NCBI GenBank assembly: GCA_976551045.1
Contig: CDPCPM010000056.1
Location: 18,476,001-18,540,000 of the forward strand
Reading direction: 5' to 3'
Length of the DNA stretch: 64,000 nt
DNA from: Glaucostegus cemiculus
Lineage: Eukaryota
Shown here: positions 37,909 to 49,334 of the stretch, piece after piece
Layout: each line of letters starts with the position of its first letter
How positions within the stretch are numbered: position 1 is the first letter of the stretch
Notes under the pieces: model-generated
Told to the model about the DNA's origin: nothing
The model's database searches: none
What the model saw: the letters and a program-made list of their open reading frames with translations, nothing else
Program-made: the position numbers and the translations under genes

Positions 37909-39384
37909 AAAATTCTTTGGAAGTTGGTAACCTACCTTGTGACCAGCAAATACCAGGAAAATATTCCCCATCTGTCCAGTTCATTACTTTTATTTCCAGG
38001 GAAAACCAATAGAACTGGTGTAGTTTATTTTACATAGCTCATTGATTGTAAGATCAGTGCTATGGGTTAAACCACTTCCCCATTTAATTTGCTCAACTCC
38101 AATTATTTTTGTACAAAAATATTGAAAGCACTTCCTTTCTGTGTGGGCAATTACAGAACCATGCGCTGATATTCCTGATTAGAACTAACACATCTGATCA
38201 GCTGTCAACCTTAGTTAGTACTCCACTAATGTTAATGATACATATTTAAATAATTTTGAGCCTTAAAATACTGGGAATTGTCTATTTCCTTCCTGGATGT
38301 TATTGTACAGCTGATCTTAATTTCATGAGAAGATAGAATTAACATTAACTCTGTTGGCCTTGGGAGGTCACAAGTCTCCAACAAAACGACTGAAGGGAGG
38401 GTCTTCAATTTTGGGATGTCTGGAGCATTCCTTTCCCAGGAAAATTCACAGGTTTGGGAAAGTAGTACCTACTCAGAAGTCCAGCACTAACTGCTTTGAA
38501 AATTGTTTCTAAAAATAAACAACAGCTCTTAAAACTATGCCTTCTTTTGAAAGTCTATGCAGGGGTTGAAGTGCATTCATGTTCAGTATTGTGTAATGAG
38601 TAATGCCCATTTTTGGCTGTATTGACTGAGGTAGAAAGCTTACATGCCAGTTTCTCCTCGATCATTTCAAATCTATTCACTGCATGTCTGATAATATTGT
38701 GGTATTTTATTTTTAACTGATGACATTACTGCTTCAGGAAACTTCCCCTCATCACCCACCCATTACTAAAAAGTTCTGATTCTGTGCTCATTGAATCATA
38801 TTTCCTCTTTGATTCAAATGGGCGATAATGTCTGTCATGCTTTTCCTGTCCACCTTAAATTGTAATGCAATTGCTTTTTTCTTCAGCTTAATGCGTCAGC
38901 GAGACACAGTGTTCATAAAAGGCTGTGTCCTGGTGAAATGTCAGCTCTGGGATGTCATTCATCATTTTACTGCTTTTAGCCTCAATCCTAGCATATTCTG
39001 TAAATAATAGCTCACTGTTGACAGCAACGGTAAAGATTGCAGTTGCAGGATTTTATGGCGTGTATAACTGGGGGAAGTAAGTTTACAGCACTAGCATACT
39101 TTGAATCATTAGACATCATTGAGACGTGCCTTGGCCTTCTGCCAGTTACCAACACAGACACTCCTGTGTCTTTGTGCTTCTTCTGACTCTCCTGATCCAT
39201 TTGTCTGTCTAATTTTTTACTCTGTCCCTTATTCAACCTTGCTGCTCTCTTCACCTTTCTTATTTCCTCCCTGTCCCTGCCACTCTCCACTTCTGTTGCT
39301 TACAGAGATCCCTGATTATAAAGCACTGCCTATTATCCTGGAGTAGGCATTCTATGACAATTGATTTCCAACCTGAAAGCTCTC

Positions 39385-39740
39385 CAGGTACAGGGAGTAC
39401 AGCACTCTCACAGGTGCCGCCTTTCACTGGAAACATTGCCCAGTGGATGCAAAGGATCCCATTGCAGTATTTCAGAGTAGTCCAGGAGAGTGGGCAGTTC
39501 TTGTGGGCAATGTTTATCCTTCAACAAACAAAGCTTAAAAAAATACAAGAAGATACTTGATGAACTATGCAGGTCAGGCAGCATCTGTGGAAAAAAGCAG
39601 ACGGTCAACGTTTCAGGTTCAGCATCTGCAGTCCTTAGTTTCTCTGAAAAAGAGATTGTCTGGTGTGGGTGCTTACTATGTGCAAATGACTGCAGCATTT
39701 CCTACAGTGACTATACTTCATAATTATCATTGGCACTAAA
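39385..39740 (+). mobile_element. Deu-domain SINE interrupted by a PLE-derived repeat (39541-39645)
   Basis: gggagtacagcact...aaaggatcccattgcagtatttc...ggcaatgtttatccttcaac [insert] agattgtctgg...tgtgcaaatgactgcagcatttcctacagtgactatacttca. Confidence 0.7.
39541..39645. mobile_element. Short PLE terminal-repeat element with inverted ends
   Basis: gcaggtcaggcagcatctgtgg...gtcaacgtttcagg, then cagcatctgcagtccttagtttctc. Confidence 0.75.
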
Positions 39741-42654
39741 ACCTTGCATTTATTAGCCCCTTTTGCAGATATCCCAAAGTGCTTCACAGGTAATAAGGTA
39801 ATTTTGTAGGGTTTTTATAGTTCCTTTTTTTCCTGCTTTGAGGAATTTTGACTGTGTTGGGGAATAAACATCTTTGCTCCTTTTCATGCTCTGTAATGAT
39901 AAATATCGCCTCTATCTCCACATTTTCAACCACAGTACAGTATTCAACTCAATGCTATATTTTATTTGTAACTCAAGTGATTTTAAATCTATGCCTTTGC
40001 TTGCTTCGTTAGTGATCTACACACTGAGTCATCTGTTGTTACCTGGAAATCTACTAATGTTACACTCTGTGCACAATTATTCCTGGATAATTTACTCTGC
40101 CTGTACACTGCAGAGCAATGACAGCTGAAGAACAGATCATAGAATGAAGTAGGTTATTTCTTATTAATAAATGAAAGGAGACTGGCCAAACCTGTTTCAC
40201 ATTCCACCCTGAAGTTTACCACGGAGGTAGCTTTGCACACCATTTGTCTAGATTAGATTCCGAATCAGATTCTGGAGATGAAGAGCTAACAGCTTTGGCT
40301 TTGTATTTCTAGCGCCTAACCTGCTGGACAAGAGTATAGTTTAGCAAATTGAGCATCTCTCTGCAATCAATGTTGTCACAGAAAATGCAAGAATTCTGAT
40401 TAAACCAACAAGCCATGCTGTTGAATTTTCCATCTGCACCCTACTAAACCTGTTCACCATTTTAACCTCTTTGATAAGATTGTTCCACAAATCTATTCAT
40501 TCCTACACTCAAAAGTACACAAGTCCAGTTAAGGTAAACTAAGCTCATAGCTTTCACAAGTTTTCATTGGTGAAAAGATGTGATGACCACAACCCATAAA
40601 TTCCACCTGAACTGTGATTACTAGATATGATCTGTCCATTAAAAGGGTCCACTACCAAGCTGCCCCCACTGCACCACATCACCTTCCAACAACAGAGGTC
40701 CACAGTGGAAAATGTGATCACTTCCCATAGATCTAGAGCCACCCCTCAGCAAAGGCAGACACTGATGGTAAAATTCATCACTGCCTTCACCTACCTCTGG
40801 TCAATTGAGGAAAAGGGTATTCAGAAATCAGGACTTCTGGCGTCGACCAGAGTACAAATATTCGGCAGCCAAGATGTAAATTGTCACGTCCAACACATAA
40901 TATTCTATGTACCTGTGTTGATAAGTTATCAGGCAATCTTTTTCTGTCACTTTCCCAGCCAATGGCATGGTCATTGTTTTGCTAATATCTGCCAATCTTC
41001 TTCATAAGTTCAAAGGCAGGAAAGAAAAACCTGAGCCAGAAAGTCCAGACATTCTGTGGAAAGCTTGTCAAAGACGGATTACTGAAGGTATTTGCCAGTT
41101 GGTTTCCATGTTACCTGATGTGTCTGCATGACATCTGAGAATACTATTTATTCTTAAGCTGTTTACAGATGAATACCAGAAGATCATAGGTGCTGAGGTG
41201 CAATAGAGGGAAATAAAGATGTCTGTGTCTTTTAGTGTTTTTTTTGTAAAACCTTGAAGCAAAATTTAAAGAAAATCACAAGTTAAAAGTACAATTCTTT
41301 TCAGTTTTTCACATAAGCTTTTACAGTCGCTTCCTAACCCGCCCTGTGTCATTGATGGTAAACTGGTCTGTTTTGTTTCTTTGAGGCATTGCAATGATTT
41401 CGAAATGATGATGAATGTAATACAGTGAGGCCTTCAAGGGGCAGTCTACTGTAACTCTGCTCTCAGATAATCACCCTGTTCCTATCTCTTTTTCACTCTT
41501 AGATAAAGTTTAAGGAAGTGCACCGTTACAGCTGAAACTTGTTCAAATTACAGATGTATAGTCTTTATAAAGGTGGTAGAAGCAGTGGATTGCACCAAAT
41601 CAATAACTTAACAAACATATGTCTGGCAGATTCATTGCGTGAAATTTCAACATTAATTATTCTGGTGTCAACACTATTGATTTAAAGCAAACCCCATCTT
41701 CCTTTGTATTACAAAAGAGGAGATTCACTCTAAGGGAGATCAGCAGAATGACAGTGGAGCAAACCTTTACTTTAGCAGTAGCCCTGCTACAGACTATCCC
41801 TTTTATGCACCCTTTCCTTTTTCCAAATGTAATGGCAAATGCTTGAAGTTCTAGTGGGTGAGAAATCAACAGCATGAGAGTGGAACAGTTGGCTCATCAA
41901 TGAATTTAGCCAATGCTTATAAACATACAATAAATGATCATCATCTCAGCCAGGTCTGTTATAAATTAAACAGTGGTGATAATGATAATGAAGTTAGAAG
42001 GGAGAGGATGGGAAGTATTGAATTTATTGTTGATATCTAATTCTTGCTTACGAGACACAATAAAGAAAGGCAAAGGAGTAGCAATAGGGAAACGAACACA
42101 ATAATCAGAGATGTAAGAACTATTGCTAAAGAGTATTGTCTTTTCAGATTATAGTTCATTTAATCTTATGGGAATAATAGTGTCATAAATGATGCAAAGA
42201 CAGGTCCTCGTAGATTGATCAATATTTGAGTGTTGCTCCTGACTGTGTTAAAACAGACATTTTGGGAATAAATTCCACAATATTTCCAGGGGGAAACTGA
42301 CATCATCTGATCAGCTGTCTCTTATTTCACTTTCAACTAAAATTAGCCCTTTGGAATACATTGTGATATTATAAGTTTCTTCTTTGTCATCATAGAAAGA
42401 GAGGAACCTGGTTGACTCACAAGCAGCATCTGTTATTCCTGACATTGTGGGGCGAGTATCATTGTTTCACATAGCGTGAGAAGTTCTTCGAAGACATCTA
42501 GAAATGACAGTTGAATGGGATGATGGCAGGATTGCCTCAAAACTGGATTTCATGCTGTTATGGTGTGTTCAGTGTGTGCTGCGTACAGTGCTAGCAGACA
42601 TATGGGTTCCCAGTAAAAGAGGCCAGGCAGCTGGCCGGAAGCACATAAGAAGCA

Positions 42655-42797
42655 AAGGCAAAATATGCTGGAAGCACTCCACAGTTCAGGCAGCATCTGT
42701 GGAAAGAAATCCTGGATTTAAAGACCTTTTGTCAGAACCATTCTGACAAAGGTTCTCTGACTTGAAACATTAACCGGATTTCCGGCATCTGTAGCTT
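42655..42797. mobile_element. Palindromic PLE-derived short element
   Basis: atgctggaagcactc...caggcagcatctgtgg...cctTTTGTCAGAAccaTTCTGACAAAgg...gaaacattaac...ggcatctgtag. Confidence 0.75.
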
Positions 42798-43475
42798 TTT
42801 ATTATTTTCCTGGTAGAAACAGTGTTATTAACACACGACAGCATATACCAAAACAGGACCTGAAGACCTCTCACCCACTGAGATTTTCCTGTACACAACC
42901 TGAGAAGTGCATCGGCTTCTTAAAGGCACATTCCCCATTGTGGCCAGACTACAGCATCACCTGCTCTGGAACAAAGATGAAGGAAGAGGGAAAGACCTGT
43001 TGACTTTAGAGAAAGATACCCGAGCATTGACATCAGTGAGAAATGTTCCAGAAGGGAGGCGTTGTGTGCTGGGGGGACAAGGAGATCCATCGGAGCCATC
43101 ATAGGAAAAGCCTGGTAGGAGGAAACTCCAGCTGTATCCTCCAGGACAGAAAATCTCCACCCTTCTAAACAAAGCAGAAATAAATTTGATGGCTTCACAT
43201 GATTTGTCCTAGGGAATTGTCCCACCACTGAGAATGGTTGTAACAAGCCACTGGAATTTATTAATTTATGTGTTATGTTCAGTGTAGGTGATCCTGCTAA
43301 AGAGGAAATGAGGGATCATCTGGGCTTCCTCATCTGATTAGTGGTGACTACATTGGTGTTAAGGAGAATGTGGAGAGCCACTCTTTCTCATTATTGAGTG
43401 ATCCAATACAAGAGAGAACCAGCCTCCCCTCCTTGGACTCTATGTCTTTACTTCTCATTGTCTTGGTGAAGCACC

Positions 43476-43876
43476 CAGCATAATCATGGACCCCGCCCAC
43501 CCAGGACATTCTCTCTTCTCTCCTCTTCCATCAGGTAGAAGACACAGGAGCCTGAGGGCACGTACCACCAGACTAAAGGACAGCTTCTACCCCACTGTGA
43601 TAAGACCATTGAACAGTTCCCTTACACAATGAGAAGGACTATGACCTCACAATCTACCCTGTTGTGACCTTGCACCTTATTGCATGGCACTTTCTCTGTA
43701 GCTGTGACACTTACTCTGCACTGTTATTGTTTTTGCCTGTACTACAACAATGCACTCTGTACTACCTCAATGTAACTGCACTGTGTAATGAATTGACCTG
43801 TACGATCGGTTTGTAAGACAAGCTTTTCACTGTACCTCAGTACAAATGACAATAATAAACCAATTCCAATACCAAT
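43476..43876 (+). mobile_element. Rex1/Babar LINE 3' end (second family), (CCAATA)n-like tail
   Basis: SIIMDPAHPGHSLFSPLPSGRRHRSLRARTTRLKDSFYPTVIRPLN, then ...ttttcactgtacctcagtacaaatgacaataataaaccaattccaataccaat. Confidence 0.9.
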
Positions 43877-44126
43877 TTAAGGTGAGAGGGGGTAGGTTCA
43901 GAACAGACGTGAGGGGTATGTTTTTTACTGAGAGAGTGGTGGATGCCTGGAATGTGTTGCCTGATAGATGGCAAATTCATGAGGGGCTTGGATGGGCACA
44001 TGAATGAGAGGAAAATAGAGGGATATGGGCATTCTATTGGTAAGAGGGATTAGCTATGTTGGCACAACATTGTGGGCTGAAGGGCCATTTCTGTGCTGTA
44101 CTGTTCTATGTTCTATGTTCTATGTT
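43877..44126 (+). mobile_element. CR1 3' end with (TTCTATG)n tail
   Basis: ttaaggtgagaggggg...gagagtggtggatgcctggaatg...gggctgaagggcc...gtgctgtactg(ttctatg)3. Confidence 0.9.
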
Positions 44127-44220
44127 TGCCTGGACTGGGGACTATGATTTAACAGGTTCCTCATGAAATATGTTTATCAGTAAACCTCTTATTGCCTTCC
44201 AACAATGTTAATGCCTTCCA

Positions 44221-44570
44221 ACATTCTCTGTTCTCCACACCACCCCTCCCACCAATTGGGCAGAAGAGACAAAAGCTTGAAAGGACGTTTCACCAGGCTC
44301 AAGGACAGCTTCTAACCTACGGACTACTGAACAGACTTCTGGTACAATAAGATAGACTCTGACCTCATAATCTACCTTATCATGGTCTTGCACCTTACTC
44401 TCTGCCTGCACTGCACCTTCTCTGCAATTGTAACACTTTATTCTGCATCCTGTTATTGCTTTTCCCCTGTACTACCTCGATGCACTGATGTGATGAAATG
44501 ATCTGTATGGACGGCATGCAAAACAAAGTTTTTCACTGTACCTCAGTACATGTGACGATAATAAACTGAT
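44221..44570 (+). mobile_element. Rex1/Babar LINE 3' end, older copy
   Basis: gggcagaagagacaaaagcttgaaaggacgtttcaccaggctcaaggacagcttcta...ttttcactgtacctcagtacatgtgacgataataaac. Confidence 0.85.
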
Positions 44571-44579
44571 TAATCACCA

Positions 44580-45810
44580 CTGGTCAGCTGGGCAATGAGT
44601 TGAAATTTCCATGCCTTCCTGCTCCTCTTTTTCTTGCTGGTCTTCAGCCTGTGCCTTATGTCCCTCAGCCTCTAGGTCTCAATGCTGCTCTTCCCCTGGT
44701 ACCAGATTGCTAGATTGTTGGCATACAGCGGATCACATCACCATGGAGTCTCTGTACCTGATTGACATATACTGCTGGGGGCATCCGGGCTGATGCAGGG
44801 CACAAAATCTCATTTTCAGAAGACCGAAGACATTTCCACAGCTGCTCTGGTACTTGCGTGATTCATGTTTTGCCAGCACTGGGGTGAACGAAGAATTGGT
44901 GTTAAGACCCAGGGAAGTGGAAAGATGCTCTTTACTCCCAGGGAGGTGCAGCAGGCCTTCCTGTTGGCCATTGTCTCCCTAAGGGGAGAAATGCCTCGTG
45001 TGTTTCCTGGAAGCATGGCATTGACCTGGAGAAAAGTCTTCTGATGATCCAAACCACCTCATATTTCTCATATTTTCCTGTGACATTGAATGAGGCCCTT
45101 CAATCCATTGAGTCTCTGCCAGCTCTCATAGCATTCTCATCAATCCCATTGTTATAAATTATTCTCTGTCACATGCCCATCAATTCCCTCCTGATTTTCC
45201 TGCTATCCACCTACACCAGAGGCAATTTACAGTGGCCGATTAACCAACCAGCACGTCATTGGGATGTGGGAGGAAACGAGAGGACTAGGGAAAACCTAGT
45301 TACAGGAAGAATTTGTAAGCTTCACAAAGATAGCACCTGATCAAATCTGGGTCACTGGTGCTGTGTGGCAGCAGCACTAACCGCTGTGGTTTATGTTGCA
45401 GATTGCACCTGAACATTGATGAAGCAAAACCTTCTCTATTGAGGAAACGGTGCGGGTTATAATGCCTGTACCCAAGCAAAGCCAACAAATGTTGGCAAAC
45501 CCCAGTGTCCAAGAGGTGACCTGGCTGGCTCTGAGATCGTCTCTGTGTGGGTTCTGTGCCCTGGGGGAACTATACGAAGCTGCAGCAAGCAGCAGGCTGT
45601 GAGACTTGGCAGGGATTTGCTGCTGCCACTGGGAAAGATCCCGCGGCGAAGAAGCTGAGAGTCAAAGTGACCTTGAGAGAAGTCCAGCTTAAGAGAATGG
45701 CCATAGGCCTTCCTGCAGCATTTCATATATCTCAAGGACAGCCTTGGAAATCAGAAAGGGCCAGACAGAACACAGACTCTCTGAAGACTTCATGGGAGTA
45801 GGCTGTTTGC
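44580..45810 (-). pseudogene. Near full-length PIF/Harbinger transposase fossil, split by a SINE
   Basis: In order: VFRE...SKAVLEIYEMLQEGL / LKVTLTLSFFAAGSFP..CQVSQPAA / VGFAWVQA / FLNREGFAS-INVQV [SINE] DHQKTFLQVNAMLPGN...LG..FPLPWVLTPI...NHASTRAAVE / FGLLKMRFCAL / NNLAI, then an acidic tail. Many frameshifts. Confidence 0.88.
45060..45405 (-). mobile_element. HE1-like V-SINE with CR1-type tail
   Basis: Minus head cacagcggttagtgctgctgcc.cacagcaccagtgacccagatttgatc, V domain tttcctcccacatccc. Possible 5-bp TSD CACCT at 45055 and 45406. Confidence 0.85.
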
Positions 45811-46769
45811 AGTTGGGAGTGTATTCTCCTTCCTGGCCTGGGGTCCCTTTACTTTTCATAGTCATTCATTGCCATACTGATGCCTGCAGTGTTGGAGTGC
45901 TGCCAGTGGTGTTACCAGGTAGGCACTCAGTGAATGAGTATGGCAGCAGCTAAATGCTGTGGTAAGCATCCTCTGTAAGAAGTAGCACATCCTGTGTGCC
46001 TTGGAGGTTGTTCAAGTTGTCAAACTGCCTAGTCAGCTCTCCCGACGTCAGCAGAGTGCCGGTTTGAATCAAGACAAATGCAACAAAGCAGCCTGACCTG
46101 CTGCTTGTTGTATTGTAAGTGATGAATGAAAGCCGTGGGTTGCAGCTTAAAGCTCTGATTTATATTGGCAAGGGAGGAAAGGTGCAGTGAACAACTGCTG
46201 ACATAATTAGGCACACCACTGTTACCAGCAAAAGGATCCGATGCACTAAGGTGAATGACACACAGTGAGGCCCACCCAACTTACTGATTGGGTGGCTTCA
46301 CTCAGAAATGACCACTAGTGTCAGCCAGTCTCTAGGTTGATGTGTTTCTATTTTAATACATTTAAAGTGAACATTAAATCCATTACTGACTGCATCACAT
46401 TGATCATTTCTAAGCAGAGGGACACATTTCTGGAGTTCCTTTAAAAGGTGGTTCCATTTCTTCAGCAGTATCTTGGGTACAAAATATGTGCATGCTTTGA
46501 TCACCCTACCTCACCCAAAAAAAAGTCATAGACTGACACAACAAGGGAAAGGACACTGAACAAGGAAAGGAATCAGTGTGGCAGTACAGTGGGAGCCTAT
46601 GAAACCTTGTTGCTTGGTTGACAGAAAGTATGACAAAAAAGTTCCTCTCTTTGATAGTTATGTTAATCTTTATATCAAATCACAAATTTTCATATGTTTC
46701 CTGCCTCCCCCCCTCCCCCCATGTAATGTTTACTCATGGTGTACTTTCAGGGTCAGTATATTTTAAAGA

Positions 46770-46870
46770 AATAAAACCAGAAAATGCTGGAAATACTCAA
46801 CAGATCAGGCAGTATCTGTGAAGGCAGAAACAGAGTTAACATTTCAGGTCAATGACCTTTAATCAGAATA
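46770..46870 (-). mobile_element. PLE terminal-repeat arm with the best-preserved hammerhead-like core
   Basis: Minus 46870-46833 reads att-CTGATtA-A-AGGTC-att-GACCT-GAAAtGTT-AACTC. Confidence 0.8.
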
Positions 46871-47030
46871 TGGTATTGAGATAAATGATTAGCTATGACC
46901 ATGTAACTATTGGCTCCACCCTGGGAGGAAATGACAGCTGTGAAATTGCCCAATAATTTTGTTACAGAATGCTGGAACAGACTTGAAGGGCCAAATAACT
47001 TCCTCCTGCTCCTATATTCTAAGTTTGAAT
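46871..47030 (+). mobile_element. CR1 3' tail carrying a ~60-bp insertion
   Basis: ttgagataaatgattagctatgacc [46900-46960] gaatgctggaacagacttgaagggccaaataacttcctcctgctcctat. Confidence 0.6.
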
Positions 47031-49014
47031 GTTTCTGTGGCTACAAAAAGAATTCAAAGGTCAGGTGTTCTGCCCTAATACTCACAGCTAACAAGAGTAA
47101 GCCAAAAAAGGATCTTTGAATCTCTATCCTTCCTGTTCTCTCATCCGCCTAAATATATTTCATTTATTGTTCAATCTGTGACTTAATGAATTAATAATAC
47201 CTCAGGAATGACATGTCAGTAATATGTGATTCCAAGGGAGGACTATGGGAAAAATGTTAAAATCCTATGACCTGGGGTGCTGCTATGGAGATGAATAGAA
47301 CTGGTATAGTCATGGTACAGTCTTCTCTCCGACAGAGAATTTGTCTTTGCTGAAGTCCTAAGGCAGGTTAATTAAAAAACTCATGTGTCCCTTTATGTAA
47401 GACTGCCTGAGGACTAAAATGATTAAATCTGTCAAAACCTGGGCTATAATGTTCCTCTTTAACAACCTCAAAGGAGGAATGCATGGAGGAAAGAGGAGAA
47501 AAATGTGAGTGTTTACAATTGTGTGCACATTCCATGTATGATGGTGGTAGACTCTTAGTTAGTTCTGACCGATCGACATCTATTTTTGCAAAATATTAGT
47601 TTGTTTCTTTTGTTTAAAAAGAAGCATTGGCCTTTGGTAATTCAGTTGTTGGTTTATTCAACCTTCCATGAAATCAGTATTCTTCTTCGTATGATTAAAT
47701 AGTGATTGTGCTGCTTTGTTATGTGAGATGTAATGATGGGTTATGAGAGGGAAAATTCAACAGACATGTGACTGCAACTAAGAGGCATGCAAAAAAGGAG
47801 TGCAAGTCAGAGGTAGATCAGGAAGCAACAAACCTCCAACATACTCTCTTTTTTAATTGCTGCTTCTCGCTGTGGGTTTGAACATTCTGTATTTACCTTG
47901 TCCAATATTCATTGCTTGTTTTCATATCCAGGGCTTACTCATTGTAAAACCTCTCAGTAAACACCTGCCACTCTCAAGAATTGATCACTGGTTAGATCAA
48001 GGTCCTTTAGTGTGGTTACCCTACCATAGCCCTTTGCCAGTTCATGACATCATCATGTTCGTGACCACTGGGGAATAAAGGTATCTGAAAAATAATGAAA
48101 CCACGCACGCATGTTACTAAAGCGGTAACTGACATTGGACCAATTTCACAGCTGTCATTTCGTCACAGAGTGCAGACGATAGACTGTTGAGACACTGCAG
48201 TTATTCCTTGCTTCCCTTTAAACGATCTGGGCACATATTCCTTAATTAGCCTGACATGAAACAGAGAAACCAATTGGAGAGATTATTTAGCAACAGCATT
48301 GGACCTGGCCCACACTTTGTATTGAGTCCAGCACTAACTTTTGGGTTGAACTTATCTATTGTATGTGTGTGACTCTTGGCATTCCACCAGCATGAGTGCC
48401 CCTGCCCTACAACGTAGCAGGACAATGTACAACCAGTAAACAGGCTACAGGCAATAGAAACTAAAGCCCCACCTATGGACCAACTTAAGGGGCTTCTACA
48501 GCTCAAACTATCAAAGGCTTTTTCCATTGTTTAGATATGTTTCTGGTCATCATTGACATTTAGAGACAATGGAAAAACATTTAGATGATTAAGAAAATTA
48601 ACAGAAAAATTAAAAAAGATAACCACTTAAGACCACAAACGATTTATATAAATTGACTAAAACATTAAAATTAATTAAAATTAAGCAAAAGAAAACACTT
48701 CATCTTCATTTTATTTTTGTGACGCTCTTTGCCCTATTTAAATATTATGGCTGGAGTAAAGCTGACAGTCTGGATTCAAAGCAATGATGAGTCCAGGGGC
48801 AGATGTGGCGGTCTAGAATGAACTGGCTGCCGGATGCTAAGCGATCTGTCAGCCAGCCATAACCACATCTGGCCCAGCATGTTAACACCTTTGCAAATAG
48901 TCTTCCACTCTTTGCATTATAGAGCAAGGTAATCCTGCTTCCCAAAAGAAAAAATAACAATAGTAATTGAATATAACAGCTGAGCAATTCAGGCAGAGGG
49001 CAAATGACATCATG

Positions 49015-49318
49015 CCTGCATCTAACCTGCTTATCTCTGTAAGAATTCTGTATGGTTCAATGTGATCAGTTCTCATCTACTTAACTCTAGAAAATAAAGG
49101 CATAGTCAGTTAAATCTTTCTTCGAAGGACAAACATGCCAATCCAGGAATCAACCTTTTTATTCTCTCTGTTGCAAATATATTCCCCCTTTGTTAGAGAT
49201 ACAGGGAATATTCCACTGCGATCTCATCAGGACCCAATGTAATTGGTGCAAAATGTCTTTCTTCTGTATTTAAATCCTCATTGCAATAAAGGCAAACATA
49301 CTACTTGCCTTCACCTGC
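49015..49318 (-). mobile_element. CR1 ORF2 fragment
   Basis: MRTDHIEPYRILTEISRLD resembles MRGDLIETYKIL.GLDRLD. Confidence 0.7.
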
Positions 49319-49334
49319 TTGGCATGGGGTTCAA

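Noticed and set aside
37727-38037. Four ORFs spanning X runs
   Set aside because: Artefacts of the N gap.
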